Shown: positions 13,326 to 27,774 of the stretch, piece by piece
How positions within the stretch are numbered: position 1 is the first letter of the stretch
Layout: the number at the start of each line of letters is the position of its first letter
DNA from: Eledone cirrhosa
Lineage: Eukaryota
Direction: 5' to 3'
Assembly (NCBI GenBank): GCA_964016885.1
Contig: OZ024752.1
Span: 14,818,001-14,882,000 of the forward strand
Length of the DNA stretch: 64,000 nucleotides
Position numbers and translations under genes: made by a program
The notes under the pieces: model-generated
Told to the model about the DNA's origin: nothing
The model's input: only the letters and a program-made list of their open reading frames with translations
Databases searched by the model: none

Positions 13326-13727
13326 ACCCGCAACTGTATTGTATGCGACAATCACCGTAAATAATGCTTGGGGGGAATTTTTAAAACAAATTAGAAAAAT
13401 ATTAGAAGAATATTTAGCAAAACGTTTCAATAACACAGCCTCAGAATTCCTTAAAACATAGATATTTCAAAAAGAAAAAAAAATTCCGATCTAAGAAACA
13501 AAGCCGTTTTTTCAGCCTAACTTTCATATTTCCTAAATTTTGTTTTCAAATCTATATTTAATAAAAACACCATGTTTTTTATCCATTCTGACGACTGAGG
13601 ACAGACACATCTGTCTTCAAGAAACCACTGGTAAATGAAATAATTATCTTATGTTGTTTATTACATAACTAATAAGCTCTGTAGCCTACATAGAGCACTC
13701 TTTTTTTCCTCTACCTTTCTGACGGAA

Positions 13728-13772
<45 letters not shown>

Positions 13773-14180
13773 TATGGAAAGTTATATTTAAAATTGTTGG
13801 GTTACAACTAGTAAATATTTATAACTGATATAAAAGCACTCGACAAATATTTGGATATGTCGAATCTATTTATCTATAAAACTGTTTATATTGTATTTTG
13901 TCTGAGGAAGGCATAGCATACTGTTAATATGATATCCCCGAAATATATATAATGAAATAAATATGGTTTTATAAATATAGTTTCCATTTATTTAATATTG
14001 TATATATATATATATATTTGTGTGTGTGTGTAGGTCACTCATCTTTTTCCATTTCTCCGAGGGTTCTTAACCCCACTATCAGGCTAAATAATTTCTTTAA
14101 TTAATTTAGTCAAAATATGGCGATAGCTTATATTTATAATTTCAAACTCGCTCGTTGTTTCGAAAATATTCTTATTTGAC

Positions 14181-15082
<902 letters not shown>

Positions 15083-15153
15083 GCACGTTTTTCTACGTGT
15101 ATGTATAAATATATATATATATATATATATATACGCACATATTTCTACATGTG

Positions 15154-15184
<31 letters not shown>

Positions 15185-15207
15185 GGATGGATGTATATAT
15201 AATGTAT

Positions 15208-15516
15208 TTTGCAATACACTTTATGCTTAATTAAAAGCATTTTGAAGACCGTAAGCTATTGTTTTAAAGTAGTGACAAATTCACTTACTTTGATCTCAGC
15301 AAACAGGGGAGATAAGCCGACAAGGCCTTGTTTCGCTTTTGTTGAAGCTTATCAAGGCTAACTACTCCTTCCTGTCTACCAAGATCACTGATATAAGGCC
15401 TTGTCGGCTTATCTCCCCTGTTTGCTGAGATCAAAGTAAGTGAATTTGTCACTACTTTAAAACAATAACTTACGGTCTTCAAAATGCTTTTAATTAAGCA
15501 TAAAGTGTATTGCAAA
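15208..15516. repeat. Near-perfect inverted repeat, ~120-bp arms and ~65-bp spacer
   Basis: 15208-15329 vs 15395-15516; one mismatch seen. Confidence 0.9.
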
Positions 15517-16504
15517 TTACATTATATATACATCCATATATATATATTGCTATTTCAGAGCTCCAATTCTAATATATATATATACGCACGTGTTTGTACG
15601 TGTGTATGTATTCGTATGTGTCTAACTGTGGGATTATTAACATTTATATATAAATCTTACCATTCATCGAGGCGCTTTTACTATGTGAAAATTGAAATGT
15701 TTCATCCAAACAGCAATATTAATTATTTTCTGTCGTGTTCTATTCTCATATATACTGTGAGTGATTTTATCACAGGTGTTTCTCATTAATATAAATATAA
15801 AATCTCCCCTTCAAATAATTTAACTTTTAATCATGATGCCATCTTGTTAGATTCACCCACTTCTCATTTCTATGTCGCAATCACGTGATCTCGTCTTGCA
15901 TATGCCACACTTCACGCCATTCCTTCTGGATTTCTCATAATATTTCTTCTCAAGCCCCACTTAAATTTAAAAGACAGCTTTACGTTTCCTTTTCCATATC
16001 TCTTCCTGGACAAAAGAAATCGTTAGTAGAGTCACGCGCAGAAATACGATAGTGGACAGAAATCTCTGTAACTTGGATTGCCGAAAGGACAACATGTTGA
16101 ATAGTGCCAGAAAAGTTTCAAGTAGAAACTAGGAAGTGAGTAGGGAAGATATATAATAGAAAAGCATGATTACTTTCTGAAATCAAAATTATTGTCTTTC
16201 TAGTGTCTTAAAAATGAGAGCATATACCATGTCAGAAATTATTCGTGTAGTTTATGTTTCTGTTTTTTTATAACTGTCACGTCAAACCACAATATAATAT
16301 TTGTATTTTATAACACGCATGCATCACCATTGTCAGTAAATCAGACTATTTTACACTCGCTGTCCATTTTTCTGTCGCTCTATCTATATCTCTCTCTCTA
16401 TCTTATATATATGTGTATGTCATATATATGTAAGTGAGCGAGGCCATAGTACAAATATATTCTATAGTCCGCCGGTTCTCTCTCTAATTCTCTTCCCACA
16501 CACT

Positions 16505-16545
16505 TTTCGCCTGAAGAAGGGCTTATGCCGGAAACGTCATCCCCC
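16505..16545 (+). ncRNA. Minimal hammerhead ribozyme core (PLE-type)
   Basis: CTGAAGA (16511)-AGGGC TTAT GCCG-GAAA (16531)-CGTC, with an AATAAA ~35 nt downstream. Confidence 0.6.
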
Positions 16546-16618
16546 CTCCACTCTCAAGACCGTGAAACTAATAAACCTTTGTTCGTACTGCCTCTCTGTT
16601 TTGTTCGCGGTCCATTTT

Positions 16619-16659
<41 letters not shown>

Positions 16660-16662
<3 letters not shown>

Positions 16663-17177
16663 GGAGGTGAGTTTTATTGTAGTACAATAAAAGCAATGCA
16701 GATATCGGATAAGAAGCACTCTACAGTTTGTAGAGTGCTTCTTATCCGATATCTGCATTGCTAAATATAATATTTTTTCCTCGCACATATCCTCCCTTCG
16801 TTAATTTTCAAAATTTTTAATTTATACAGTATCTTCCAACGGTTTTCAACCTCTCTATGTAAAAAATATATCTCCTCTCAGTTATAAAAACTATCTCTTT
16901 CTCTCTATCACCCATCTCTCCCTCTCATCTCCTTCCCTTTTCATCCTTTCCACCCCCCCCTCTCTAAATAAAATATTTTTTCCCAATATCACACATCAAT
17001 CTAAAACCACTTTTCATATGTTGATTTAAAACTGCACTATCCACAAGTGTTTTTTAGCCTTCATATCATGTTCTCCTGTTTTATCTGATGAAAACACAAA
17101 TATTATTGCATGATGATGTTTGTTTTTGAAATGCGCATAATAAAATACATGGAACTCCTTTAACCATCTTTTGATCT

Positions 17178-17235
<58 letters not shown>

Positions 17236-17635
17236 AAGAAAATAAAAGATGGTTAAAAGAGTTCCATATATTTTATCCGCATTTCGAATACAAAATCATC
17301 CTGGGACAAAAATTGTGTTCTCATCAGATAAAATAAGGTAACATATGAGGCATAAAACCACTCGTTTACAGGAAAGTGCTAAGTCTACATATGCACTTTC
17401 CTGTAAATAAGTGCTATTGTGCCTCATATCATGTTACCTTATTTTATCTGATGAGAACACAATTTTTGTCCCAGGATGATTTTGTATTCTAAATGCGCAT
17501 AATAAAATATATGGAACTCTTTTAACCATCTTTTATTTTCTTCTTTATTATATATACTCCAGTTCTACCAACTGTTGAGTACTACTTATCTGATATATGC
17601 ACAGTTTTATTGTTCTACAATATTACTCACCTTCT
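16660..17635. mobile_element. Nested inverted/direct copies of a PLE-like terminal repeat with hammerhead-like cores
   Basis: Perfect hairpin 16692-16762. The TTATCTGATGA(G/A)AACACAA...AAATGCG unit occurs at ~17081 (+), ~17272-17332 (-) and ~17443 (+). 17577-17632 is an inverted, diverged copy of 16665-16720. Confidence 0.65.
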
Positions 17636-17997
17636 CTCTCTCTATATATATATATACATATATAATGTACTAATATGTAAAGGAAAAAAACAAAAAGAGT
17701 GCTCAAACGGGAAGAGGAAACAAATATAATATTATTTGTGTATGTTCATACACATTTCAAAATTAAATCTTAGGATTATAATGCGTTTATCTTTCGCAAA
17801 ATCGCATTTCTAGCTCGCTATCCTTTTAAAGATATCTTATAAACTCTTATACGCGAGTAAAGAAAGGTCACAAATTTAATACCTCTTGTTTTCTGGAGGC
17901 ATTGTCAAATTTGGGCCTCAAAACTGTTGATCCATGTATGACCATAAATAGTTTAATATAATATTATATATATATATGAAGGAATTATGGTAAGGAA

Positions 17998-18137
17998 CCA
18001 GGTGGACCATAACGATCCAGATTACTCAATACTTAGGACAGTAGAGTGGGTAATAGCAAAATCAGGACCCCACGGGGTTTGGATCTAGCTGTCGAAATGG
18101 CCGGAACGCAGCCGCCGGGATCCTGAATATTTTCCTA
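17998..18137. repeat. GC-rich hairpin repeat family, copy 2
   Basis: CCAGGTGG.CCATAA...TACTCAATA...AGGACCCC...GCCGCCGGGATCCTGA matches 8895-9072. Confidence 0.6.
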
Positions 18138-18426
18138 TATATATATACTTATTTCATAGAATTGACACCTAAAGGTCCATGGCTGTTCAATTCGTATTAA
18201 ATATTAAGGAAGGTTAGAGCGATTACAACCGTACAAAAGCTAAAGTCGATAGTAATAGTAATAGTAGTAGAAGTAGTACGAAGAAATTATACATAGATAT
18301 ATAACCAAAAGTCAACGACTCACAAAAACAACACGCTAGCAAAATCGACAGCGTACATACCCAAGTTGTACAGAGCTGTGCAATGCAATGACGTCAAGCA
18401 ATACATATCAGGCTAAATATACTACT

Positions 18427-19425
18427 TGTTTCTACTTTTGGCTCAAGGCCAGTAATTATCGTAGTGCATTACTGGTACTTTATTCTATCGACCCTGTACG
18501 AATGAAAGGCAAAGTTAACCTCGGCGGCATTTGAACTCAGACCGTAAAGGGGCGTAACTATGCTGCAAATCATGGCGTCCGATCCTCTACCAATACTGCC
18601 AATCCACCGCCCTTTAGCTAAATATACTAATAATAGTTTCTGATTTAGACACAAATCCATCAATTCTGCGGGAGGAGAAAATCGATTAAATCGACCCCAT
18701 TGCATTACTGGAACTTCATCGTATCGATATATAAGGATGAAAGGCAACGCTAACATCGCGGGATTTGAACTCAGAACGCAGAGAGTAGTCACTCAAGACA
18801 GCAATACATATTGTCCGACGCTCTGCCGATACTGCCAGTCCACCGCCCTTACTAAATATACTATTGATGATAATTTTAAACAAGAAAAATATTTATTAAT
18901 ATTAAGCATGAAAGAAATTTGTTCTTGAATATGTATTAATTTTGAAAAGGGTGATGGATTGGCAGTATCTGTAGAGTGTTAGAAACTATGATTTTCAGCA
19001 TAGACTTATGTTCCTTTACGTTCTCCGTTCAAATCCTGCCGTGGTTAACTTTGCCCTTCCTTCTTACGGGGTCGATAAAATAAAGTACCAGTAATACACT
19101 GGGTCGATTTAATCGACTTTCCTCTCTCCTCAAATTGCAGGCCTTGTGCCAATAGTCGAGATCATTATTTTGAAAACGTCTGTATAAAACGGACCATAAT
19201 TAGTCAGAAATGTAAGGATTAAGTGTGTATTATATTTCTCATTAATAGGGCGGTGGATTGGCAGTATCGGTAGAGGGTCGGACGCTATGTTTTGACATAG
19301 AGTTACGGCCCTTGCCATTCTGAGTTAAAATCTCGCCGAGGTTAACTTTGCTTTTCATCCTTATGGGGTCGATAAAATAAAGTCTGGGTAATTTCTGGCC
19401 TTGTGCCAAACGTAGAAACAATTAT
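18427..19425. mobile_element. Cluster of four SINE A copies (18427-18612 -, 18636-18848 -, 18948-19168 +, 19248-19423 +)
   Basis: Family core in each copy; TSD-like CTAAATATACTA occurs three times around the two minus copies. Confidence 0.9.
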
Positions 19426-20204
19426 TTTGAAAACGTCTGTATAAAACGGATCATATTTTTCCATCTCTTTTTTTAGAAATAAAGCCTGGTAACCACTTTG
19501 ATAAATAATATGCGACTATTACATTATTGTTTCACACAAATCATAAATTCTAAGAATGAACAATATCAGAAACCATGGATTCAAATCTTTGACATGTGTA
19601 TTTTGCCGTTCAGAATTTCATAGGAAGCAAACAACCCCATTTTTTAATCAGTCTTTTTTTCCCTAGTTTGATTGATTAGAATCAGTATACAGCTAACAGG
19701 AACATGTGTAAAACTGAGAAAACACATTTTAGAATGTTTTTTGTCCGATATATTTCTCGTTGAATGTTATCAAATAGAAATATGAGTCCATACATATTAA
19801 TCATTCTTTAATGGATTACTGGACTTTTTTGTAAAACATTACTAAATATATTGCAATAGCGAGCTATTTAATTTCATATCTGAGCTACATGTAACGAAAT
19901 AGTATACTATTGCATGTAAAAAATGGTATCATATTAGCTGACACGCTCCTCTCGGAGAAATAGATTGAATCGCACTTTTAACTGCATCAAGGATTGTGTT
20001 AAGCTACCAGGTCCTTAATTTTGCAGAAATATTCCAGAATTTAATTGAGAAACCTGGTTGGATATTTATATAGTATTAATTGAGAATTAGGAAAAGAAAA
20101 CCGTATAAATTCCATCACTGTGACCAGGATTGCAGTTATATAAAAGGAGAGATATAAACATTCCAAAACGACGTTGTTTTCCCATGTGTTAGGATGAGGG
20201 CGGG

Positions 20205-20417
20205 GGGATTTGGAAGAATAGGTAAAGCGCCAAACACCACGCATTGCAGCAGAGAGTTATGACCCTTTACGTTCTGTGTTCAAATTCCGACGAGGTTAGC
20301 TTTTCCGTTCATCCATACGGGGTCGATAACATAAAGCACAAGTAATGCACTGGGGTCGATTTAATCGACTTTCCTCTCCCCCAAATTGTTGGCCTTGTGT
20401 CTAAAACAGGAACCATT
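20205..20417 (+). mobile_element. Diverged SINE A
   Basis: GTTCAAATTCCGACGAGGTTAGC...GGGGTCGATAAC...GGCCTTGTGTCTAAAACAGGAACC. Confidence 0.8.
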
Positions 20418-20742
20418 ATCGTTTGTTGGGATTTTCACAAATTCCTCGTATTGAAACATCAAACCAATCATTGTAGTTTATGTAAATTAATTGCGGTGTG
20501 TTGCCTTGTATGTATTTAATCCATGTTTGTTATGTACACAAATGTTGGCCGTAATTCAAGTATATTCTCTTTTCAAAAATAATTACAAAGACTAACCGTA
20601 GGTTACACAATAGATGTTGTCATTTGTTTTGAAACAAAGACTGCGTATCTCTAACGAGAAGACCAATAGAATTGTAGGTTTTTGACAGACGTTAGTTTGG
20701 CACTCGCCATTTATTTATATATTTATATATATATATATGTGT

Positions 20743-21023
20743 GTGGAGGCGCGTGATCTAGTGGTAAGGATGTTGGGCGTACGACCATATAATTGTGGAT
20801 TCGATTCCCGGACTAGTTTATGTGTTGTGTTTTTGAGCAAAACACTTCATTTCACGTTGATCCAGTATATTCAACTGAAAAATAAGTACTAGCAATAGCT
20901 GGGGATTTAACCCTGCGTTGGACTGCCGTCCTATCCAGGGTGGGGTTGTACTCCCAGTCGCTTAACAACATGAAAATCGGGATAAACGCCGGCCTGATGC
21001 GCATCCGGGATCGAGACACGCTT
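20743..21023 (+). mobile_element. tRNA-derived SINE family B (CORE-like central segment)
   Basis: A-box-like TGATCTAGTGG, B-box-like GATTCGATTCC, then TGTGTTTTTGAGCAAAACACTTCATTTC resembling the CORE domain; inserted in (TA)n. Confidence 0.7.
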
Positions 21024-21026
21024 TAG

Positions 21027-21064
<38 letters not shown>

Positions 21065-21182
21065 ACACCTGAAAAACTGCTAAAGCCAGGCACGTCAAAC
21101 TTTCTTTCACATTTTCTATATAAAGCGTGAATTTAATAAGCCTTTTTGTACCTCTGCTTGTTGTTTCCTGGAAGTGTATGTA

Positions 21183-21265
<83 letters not shown>

Positions 21266-21336
21266 GAGAGAGAGAGGATACATAGCTACCGAGATAGAAA
21301 GATTGATATAAATATTCATATATATTTATATATCGA

Positions 21337-22223
21337 AAATTAAATTAAGGGTGTCATGTCCGAGAGACATGCGCCATATCCACTGTAGAATATGCTCAAA
21401 GATTCCAATGAATAGATCCGAGCATTTTATATCAACTAGAAATTGATTGATATATATATATCTAAAATAAACAGATGAAACAATCACAGGGGATAATTTA
21501 TAAAGTGTGAAGGGCTAGTTAGGTAACTAATTAAAGTTTAACTAGAACATCAAATACAGAAACCTTTTTAAATGATTAAAGGAAGGTTAATCATTTTAAA
21601 AGGTATCTATATTTGAAGTTCTAGTTAAACTTTAATTAGTTGCCTAACTAGCCCTTCACACTTTATAAATTATCCCCTGTGATTGTTTCATGTGTTTATA
21701 TATATATATATATATGTCAATCAATTTCTACTTGATATAAAATGCTCGGATCTATTCATTGGAATCTTTGAGCCTATTCTACAGTGGATATGGCGCATGT
21801 CTCTCGGACATGACACCCTTAATTTAATTATGGGTATATATACGGCCCCTTAATTGTAGAGCTAACTCAGTTGCAAGGACTCGGCTGCTATTTATAATCC
21901 TATTCACGCCACTGGGATGACGCTGATACGATGTGTGCTTTAAAAAAATATGCAACACGTGCTTCAGGTCATTCGCAGATTTGCATTTGCTGTGTAAACA
22001 CAGATAGTTGAATCTTCCTCCTTGTTGAAAATCCGTGATTTGACAACTGTGATTTACCGATTAATGGTGAAATATATTTTTTTAATGAAATATATACAAG
22101 GAAGATTAGTCATTTCAAAAGGTATCTATATTTGAAGTTCTAGTTAAACTTTAATTAGTTACCTACCTAGCTGTGTGTGTTTACACACTTTACAAATTAT
22201 CCCCTGTAATTGTTTCGTGTGTT

Positions 22224-22308
<85 letters not shown>

Positions 22309-22327
22309 AATCAATTTCTAGTTGATA
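21337..22327. mobile_element. Inverted-plus-direct repeat element, family copy 2
   Basis: ~240-bp inverted arms (21340-21577/21588-21828) plus a downstream direct copy (~22108-22327); homologous to 6905-7882. Confidence 0.75.
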
Positions 22328-22691
22328 TACATATTTATATAGAGAAGAAAACATGTTTTGAATTACAAGGGAAAGATAACCACTATATATTCATATATAA
22401 ATGTTAGATAATTTTCTTTGAAAAATATTTCTATTATGCCCAATATATCTGCACACATCAAATATATTGTGAAAATACATACAAGCTAACACTCATGATT
22501 TGATATCCAACACCTCAGTTATGTACAATACCTGAAATTGAATAAACTATATCTTGTAACATGGTCATTCTGACAAAAACGTGATTCTCAACAGAACACT
22601 ATGATGAGAGTTGCTAGAAAATCTACCTCGAAGTGCAACACTGTGATCTAACGATGGAAGACTGAATTCAACGTTACTTCAATTATTATGT

Positions 22692-22880
22692 AGGGTCGTG
22701 GAATGGAAGTATCGGTAGGGTGACGAAAACATGCATTGCGACTTAGAGTTACGACATCTTTCGTTCTGTGTTGAAATACCGCGAAGGTTAGCTTTGTCAT
22801 TTAACATTGCGGGGTCGATACAATAAAGTTCCAGCAAAATCACTGAGATCGATTTAATCGATATTCCCCTCCCACCAAAA
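22692..22880 (+). mobile_element. Old diverged SINE A
   Basis: Degenerate head and GGGGTCGATACAATAAAG core. Confidence 0.65.
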
Positions 22881-23411
22881 ACGCTTATATAGTATTGTTA
22901 TATATGGGGAGGGTAATGTTGTTCTAATATTGACAGAAAAATATAGTAATATTTTGCAAAAAAACAGAAATAGTAATAATGTTAAGTCTGTACTTTTAAA
23001 GTGAGATTGAACTAATAGAACGATATTTGTTGAATGGAGAATGATACTTATACATACACTTCAGAATCAATTAAACAGAGCTTTAGAGGCTTTTCAGTAT
23101 AAAAGGTGAATGGAGATTTTGTGTACACATATTTAGTACAAGACCATTTTGCAAAGAGACAGAGACAATGGATGTTTCAAAAGGAGACATTAATAAAACA
23201 GCAGGTGTGCGTAATCCGTGTGTCTATGAAAAATGAAGCACTATTCTTTTCGTAGGGACTTACTCGCAAGATCGGATTCTAGGAAGTATTTGCTTTAGAA
23301 CACGCGCACAGGCCGCCCCGTAGGGTCTGCTTGCTCCCTAATCTCAGTATCTTTCTCTCTCCTCTCTCTCTTTCTCTCATCCTCCTTTTATTACTGGTAT
23401 ATACATATATA

Positions 23412-23478
23412 TATCGGATGTCCTAAACATGTATACACAATTTTATTAGTGTGTATACATTTTTTGAGACACCCTATA
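23412..23478. mobile_element. Tiny Tc1/mariner-like TIR remnant
   Basis: Imperfect arms GGATGTCCTAAACATGTATACACA / TGTGTATACATTTTTTTGAGACACCC flanked by TA; resembles CAGGGTGTC-type mariner ends. Confidence 0.45.
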
Positions 23479-23597
23479 AATATATATATATATAATATAC
23501 CAGTAATTAATGGGGCCAAATCGCATATTTACCTGACCTGCTTAAAACTTCTATGAGCAAAGATATGGCAACACATCCGTTTACAAGGGAAAGTAAT

Positions 23598-23785
23598 AAT
23601 TGTTTCTACGTTAGGCACAAGGCCAGCAATTACCCAGTGTATTACTGGTACTTTACTTTATCGACCCCGTAAGGATGAAAGGCAAAGTTAACCTCGGCGG
23701 GATTTGAACTCAGAATGGCAAGGGCCGTAACTCTATGCGTCAAAGCACGGCGTCCGACCCTCTACCGATACTGCCAATCCACCGC
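23598..23785 (-). mobile_element. Full-length SINE A, close to consensus
   Basis: Complete head, core and GTAGAAACAATT tail. Confidence 0.9.
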
Positions 23786-24404
23786 GTAATAATGAAATGA
23801 AAGTGATATATTATATAATATAATGCATTATGGTAATATATGATATGGATTATATTCTTTTGATAACTATTTCTTTGGGAAAAACAATAAAAACTGCTAC
23901 GTGAGAGAACGAGAGAGAGAGAGATGGAGAGAGAGAGAGAGAGATATGTTACGTAGTATGAATTTAACTTACATGTACATTTTTCTTTTATCTTTTCCAT
24001 TATATGAATAATGTAACCATGTACACAGGGTCGTATTTTTTTCTCGATACGTATATAGGATTACTAACACAGTGAAGTTAAATGAAGTAACACTAATAGC
24101 AATATGAATATGCAACAAATATTACGTACTTTTGAAAGTATGAAAACTTCGCTGAGAACGAATGAAACAAAAGAAAAATGAGTAAAGTACATTTAAGATA
24201 TCACGTACGTAATACAGAGAATTGAGAAATATCGATAAACTGATCTGAATGAAGGATCTTTGCACGGAATCAGCTTTGTAGTTTCGAGTAGATTTTGAAA
24301 AGAACAGGACTGTCTCTTTATTAGTAATATATCTCTACCAAACATGTACTGCACAATAGGCAGCTTTAATATTTGTACATATATGTATGTATGCATGGAT
24401 ATGT

Positions 24405-24458
<54 letters not shown>

Positions 24459-24683
24459 CTTTATTAGCCAAAGGGGCACAAAAGAAGGGGACAAATACGA
24501 AGGGGGAAGTTTACATACAATAAAAACGTGTAAAATGTTATCACAAATGGAATTTAAAAAGTTAGTTTATATATATACATAGATAGATAGATATATTTAT
24601 ATATAAGCATGCGTGCATGTATGTACCTATGTATGTATATGTATTTATTTATTATCATTAATGTTATTATTATTATTATATAA

Positions 24684-24873
24684 GGGCGGTGGATTGGCAG
24701 TATTGGTAGAGGGTCGGACGCCATGCTTTGACGCATAGAGTTACGGCCCTTGCTATTCTTTGTTCAAATCTCGCGGAGGTTAACTTTGCCTTTCATCCTT
24801 ACGGGGTCGATAAAATAAAGTACCAGTAATACACTGGTTAATTGCTGGCCTTGTGCCTTACGTAGAAACAATT
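24684..24873 (+). mobile_element. Full-length SINE A with TSD
   Basis: Flanked by ATTAATGTTATTATTATT on both sides (~24657 and ~24871). Confidence 0.9.
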
Positions 24874-24887
24874 AATGTTATTATTAT

Positions 24888-25345
24888 TGATGCTTTGAAA
24901 TAGCGATGCCTATACGAATGTATGTATATTATATTTGATAATATTCTGTATTTTTAATTAGCGAATGATCTTCAAAATGTTTTTAATTTAACATACAGTA
25001 TATTATCAAATATACTATCCATACATTCATATATACATCACTATTTCAGAGCACCAACAATAATTAGATATTATTTTTGCTGGATCGGCAACCGCAAGTT
25101 TAATCAGCTCTCAAACCTTACAGAAGTTCTATAAGAATCCAGCTTCTATAATTCTCGGCAGAAGCGAAGGGGTAAGTAGTCTTGATAACCGTTACCGAGG
25201 GAGAAACGGGATTGCTGATTACTCCCCTTTGTTTTTTCCGAGAATAAATAAGTGCCAAAGTCACTACTTTAATACTCATAGCGAATGGTCTTCAAAATGT
25301 TTTTAATTAAACATACAGTATATTATCAAATATAGTATACATACA
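24888..25345. repeat. Short inverted-plus-direct repeat element
   Basis: Inverted 24888-24950/24993-25056; direct repeat TAGCGAATG.TCTTCAAAATGTTTTTAATT at ~24959 and ~25279. Confidence 0.6.
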
Positions 25346-25423
25346 TACACACGCACACATACACATACACATACTCTCACACACACACACACACATATAT
25401 ATATAATATATATATATATAATA

Positions 25424-26334
25424 TAAAGTTAGTCCTTCATCAGTGATCTTCCAACCATCATTGGTAATTCATCGCTTTAAGGACCATATACCTCCGGTTG
25501 GTGCGAGCAACGGCTAAAAAAAGTCGTTGGGACACGTAAATAAAGGGGACACGAGAGTGTAAACAAACAAAGATGGTGAAGCAACGAAAAGTGAGGAAGA
25601 GAGAGTCAAGTCCCAAATTTCCATGAATATAAGTTCGGTGAAATCGTGAACGAGAGAGAATAAAGACCATCAAACCTGGTTGGAATGTGAGCAAGGAAGG
25701 AATTCCGTACAGGTCTAACGGGGGGAAGAAGGGGTCTAGTCTGTGAAGTCGGTGAACATAAGTTCTGTGAAATCGTAGACGAGAGAGAGAAAAAAAGCGA
25801 ACCTGCCTGACCATGGGTGCGGAAGAAAAGAATTACGCACAGGTCAAACGGGAAGAAGGAGGAGGAGGAGAGGTAGTAACAGAGAGTGAGTGAGTGAAGG
25901 GTAAGGAAGAGGCTAACAGAGAGAGTGACTGTTAGAGAGGGTAAAGATACAGAGAAAGAGGAAGCGGTAAGAACGAAATAGACGGGTGACAGCGGGGGAA
26001 AAATAAGTGTAAATATGAGAATAAACGTGCTGCGTGGTTCCTAATGGGTTACATATGAATAAAGTTAGTCCTTCATCAGTGATCTTCCAACAATTATTGG
26101 TATTTCATCGCTTTAAAGACCATATACCTCCGGTTGGTGCGAGCAACGGCTAAAAAAGTCGTTGGGACATGTAAATAAAGGGGACACGAGAGTGTGAACA
26201 AACAAAGATGGTGAAGCAACGAAAAGTGAAGAAGAGAGAGTCAAGTCCCAAATTTCCATGAATATAAGTTCGGTGAAATCGTGAAAGAGAGAGAATAAAG
26301 ACCATCAAACCTGGTTGGAATGTGAGCAAGGAAG
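25424..26334 (-). mobile_element. Partial-tandem repeat with ~275-bp direct copies (PLE pseudo-LTR-like)
   Basis: 25424-25699 closely matches 26059-26333; the minus strand contains CACTGATGAAGG, a hammerhead 5' core. Confidence 0.65.
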
Positions 26335-27774
26335 TATGAGTGTGCGTGCGTGTACGCATAGTTATTGTGAGTGCGTGTGCGTATGTGAGCGCAGGTGTAT
26401 ACATCTGTGTATGTGTGGGTATGTGTGGGTACGTATCTGAGTATATATAACATATATATATATGTGTATGTGTATGTGTGTGTGTCTATATGTATGTGTA
26501 TGTATGTGTGTATATGTGCACGTCTACACATAGGTATATGGGTGAATCTGACTATATGTGTAGGTGAGCTCATGTGCGTGCATGTATGTGTATATGTGCG
26601 TGTATATATGTGTGTTGTCTGTACATGTGTGAGTGTGTGTATATCTATGCATATATATATATATATATATATATATGTGTATATTTGTGTATGTGTGTGT
26701 GTGTATATATATGTATGTGTATATATGTGCGTGAGTGAGTGTGTGTGAGTGAGTGTGTATATTTTGTATACGTGAGTGTGAGTCCAGGTGCCCATACTCA
26801 TATGTATGTATGAGTATATGTATGTGTACGTATGTATGTAAAACACCTACATTGCCTCTCACCTCCCCCCATCTCCGTCGTTCGCCACCCCCAACGACAC
26901 TCCCCCACTCTCCATATTCGTGTCCGCACGCGCACACGCACATACATGTGTGTACATATACATATGGCCGTGTGTGAGCGTGTGTCGATATGTGTGGGCA
27001 GGGATGTGCGTATGTGTTGTGTGGTGGGTGTGTTTATACAACAGTATGTGTGCACATATATACCTATATGTGTGTGCGTGTAAGTATACACAAAGCATCT
27101 GCCAGACGATGAGCGACTAGATATGTATCTGGGTATTGACCTTGACGCCGCCAATACATCCGCCACACCACCACAAACGCCACTACCATAGACAGCGGCA
27201 CCAATACCACACCCCCACCCACACGCTCAACCCGTCTACTGACAACCCACTAACCTCATACCACAGCCGATCCCACTAAGCAACCATAACCGCCACCATA
27301 TACTGACATCCACACATACTCTACACGCCAAGGCCAACCCACCACCACCACACCACAGCCCACCTCATCCACAGACCGTCACCAACATCTCACCATCACA
27401 CCCACCCCCATATACACTACAGGCCAGTACATCACATTGACCCTTCCACCAATCAAAACAACTCATTTTGTCAAACTCTTGAATATCTGACTTTATCCCA
27501 TAGCATGTATTTCATTTTCTTATAGCATTTTGGAAGGTCCGTCGAGCTGCGGATTATTGAGTCGGGTAGGATCGATATAGATCGAACCTTGAGCTGATCA
27601 GTGGCGAAACGCACGTCACCTATCAATAAATGCAATGAAGGAATAATAAATCGTCCTTTTATCCTTTCTATGTATTACACTCTGTATAGCTCTACAAATC
27701 ATCACAGAAGTGAACCTAAACATCGAGTGCTCACCCGGGTGAACCTGCAGTAACTCCTAGTTAAACCCCCGGTA

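Noticed and set aside
23598-23785. SINE heads as genuine tRNA genes
   Set aside because: A/B boxes are present, but I could not see a complete cloverleaf, and each head continues into the shared SINE body and tail.
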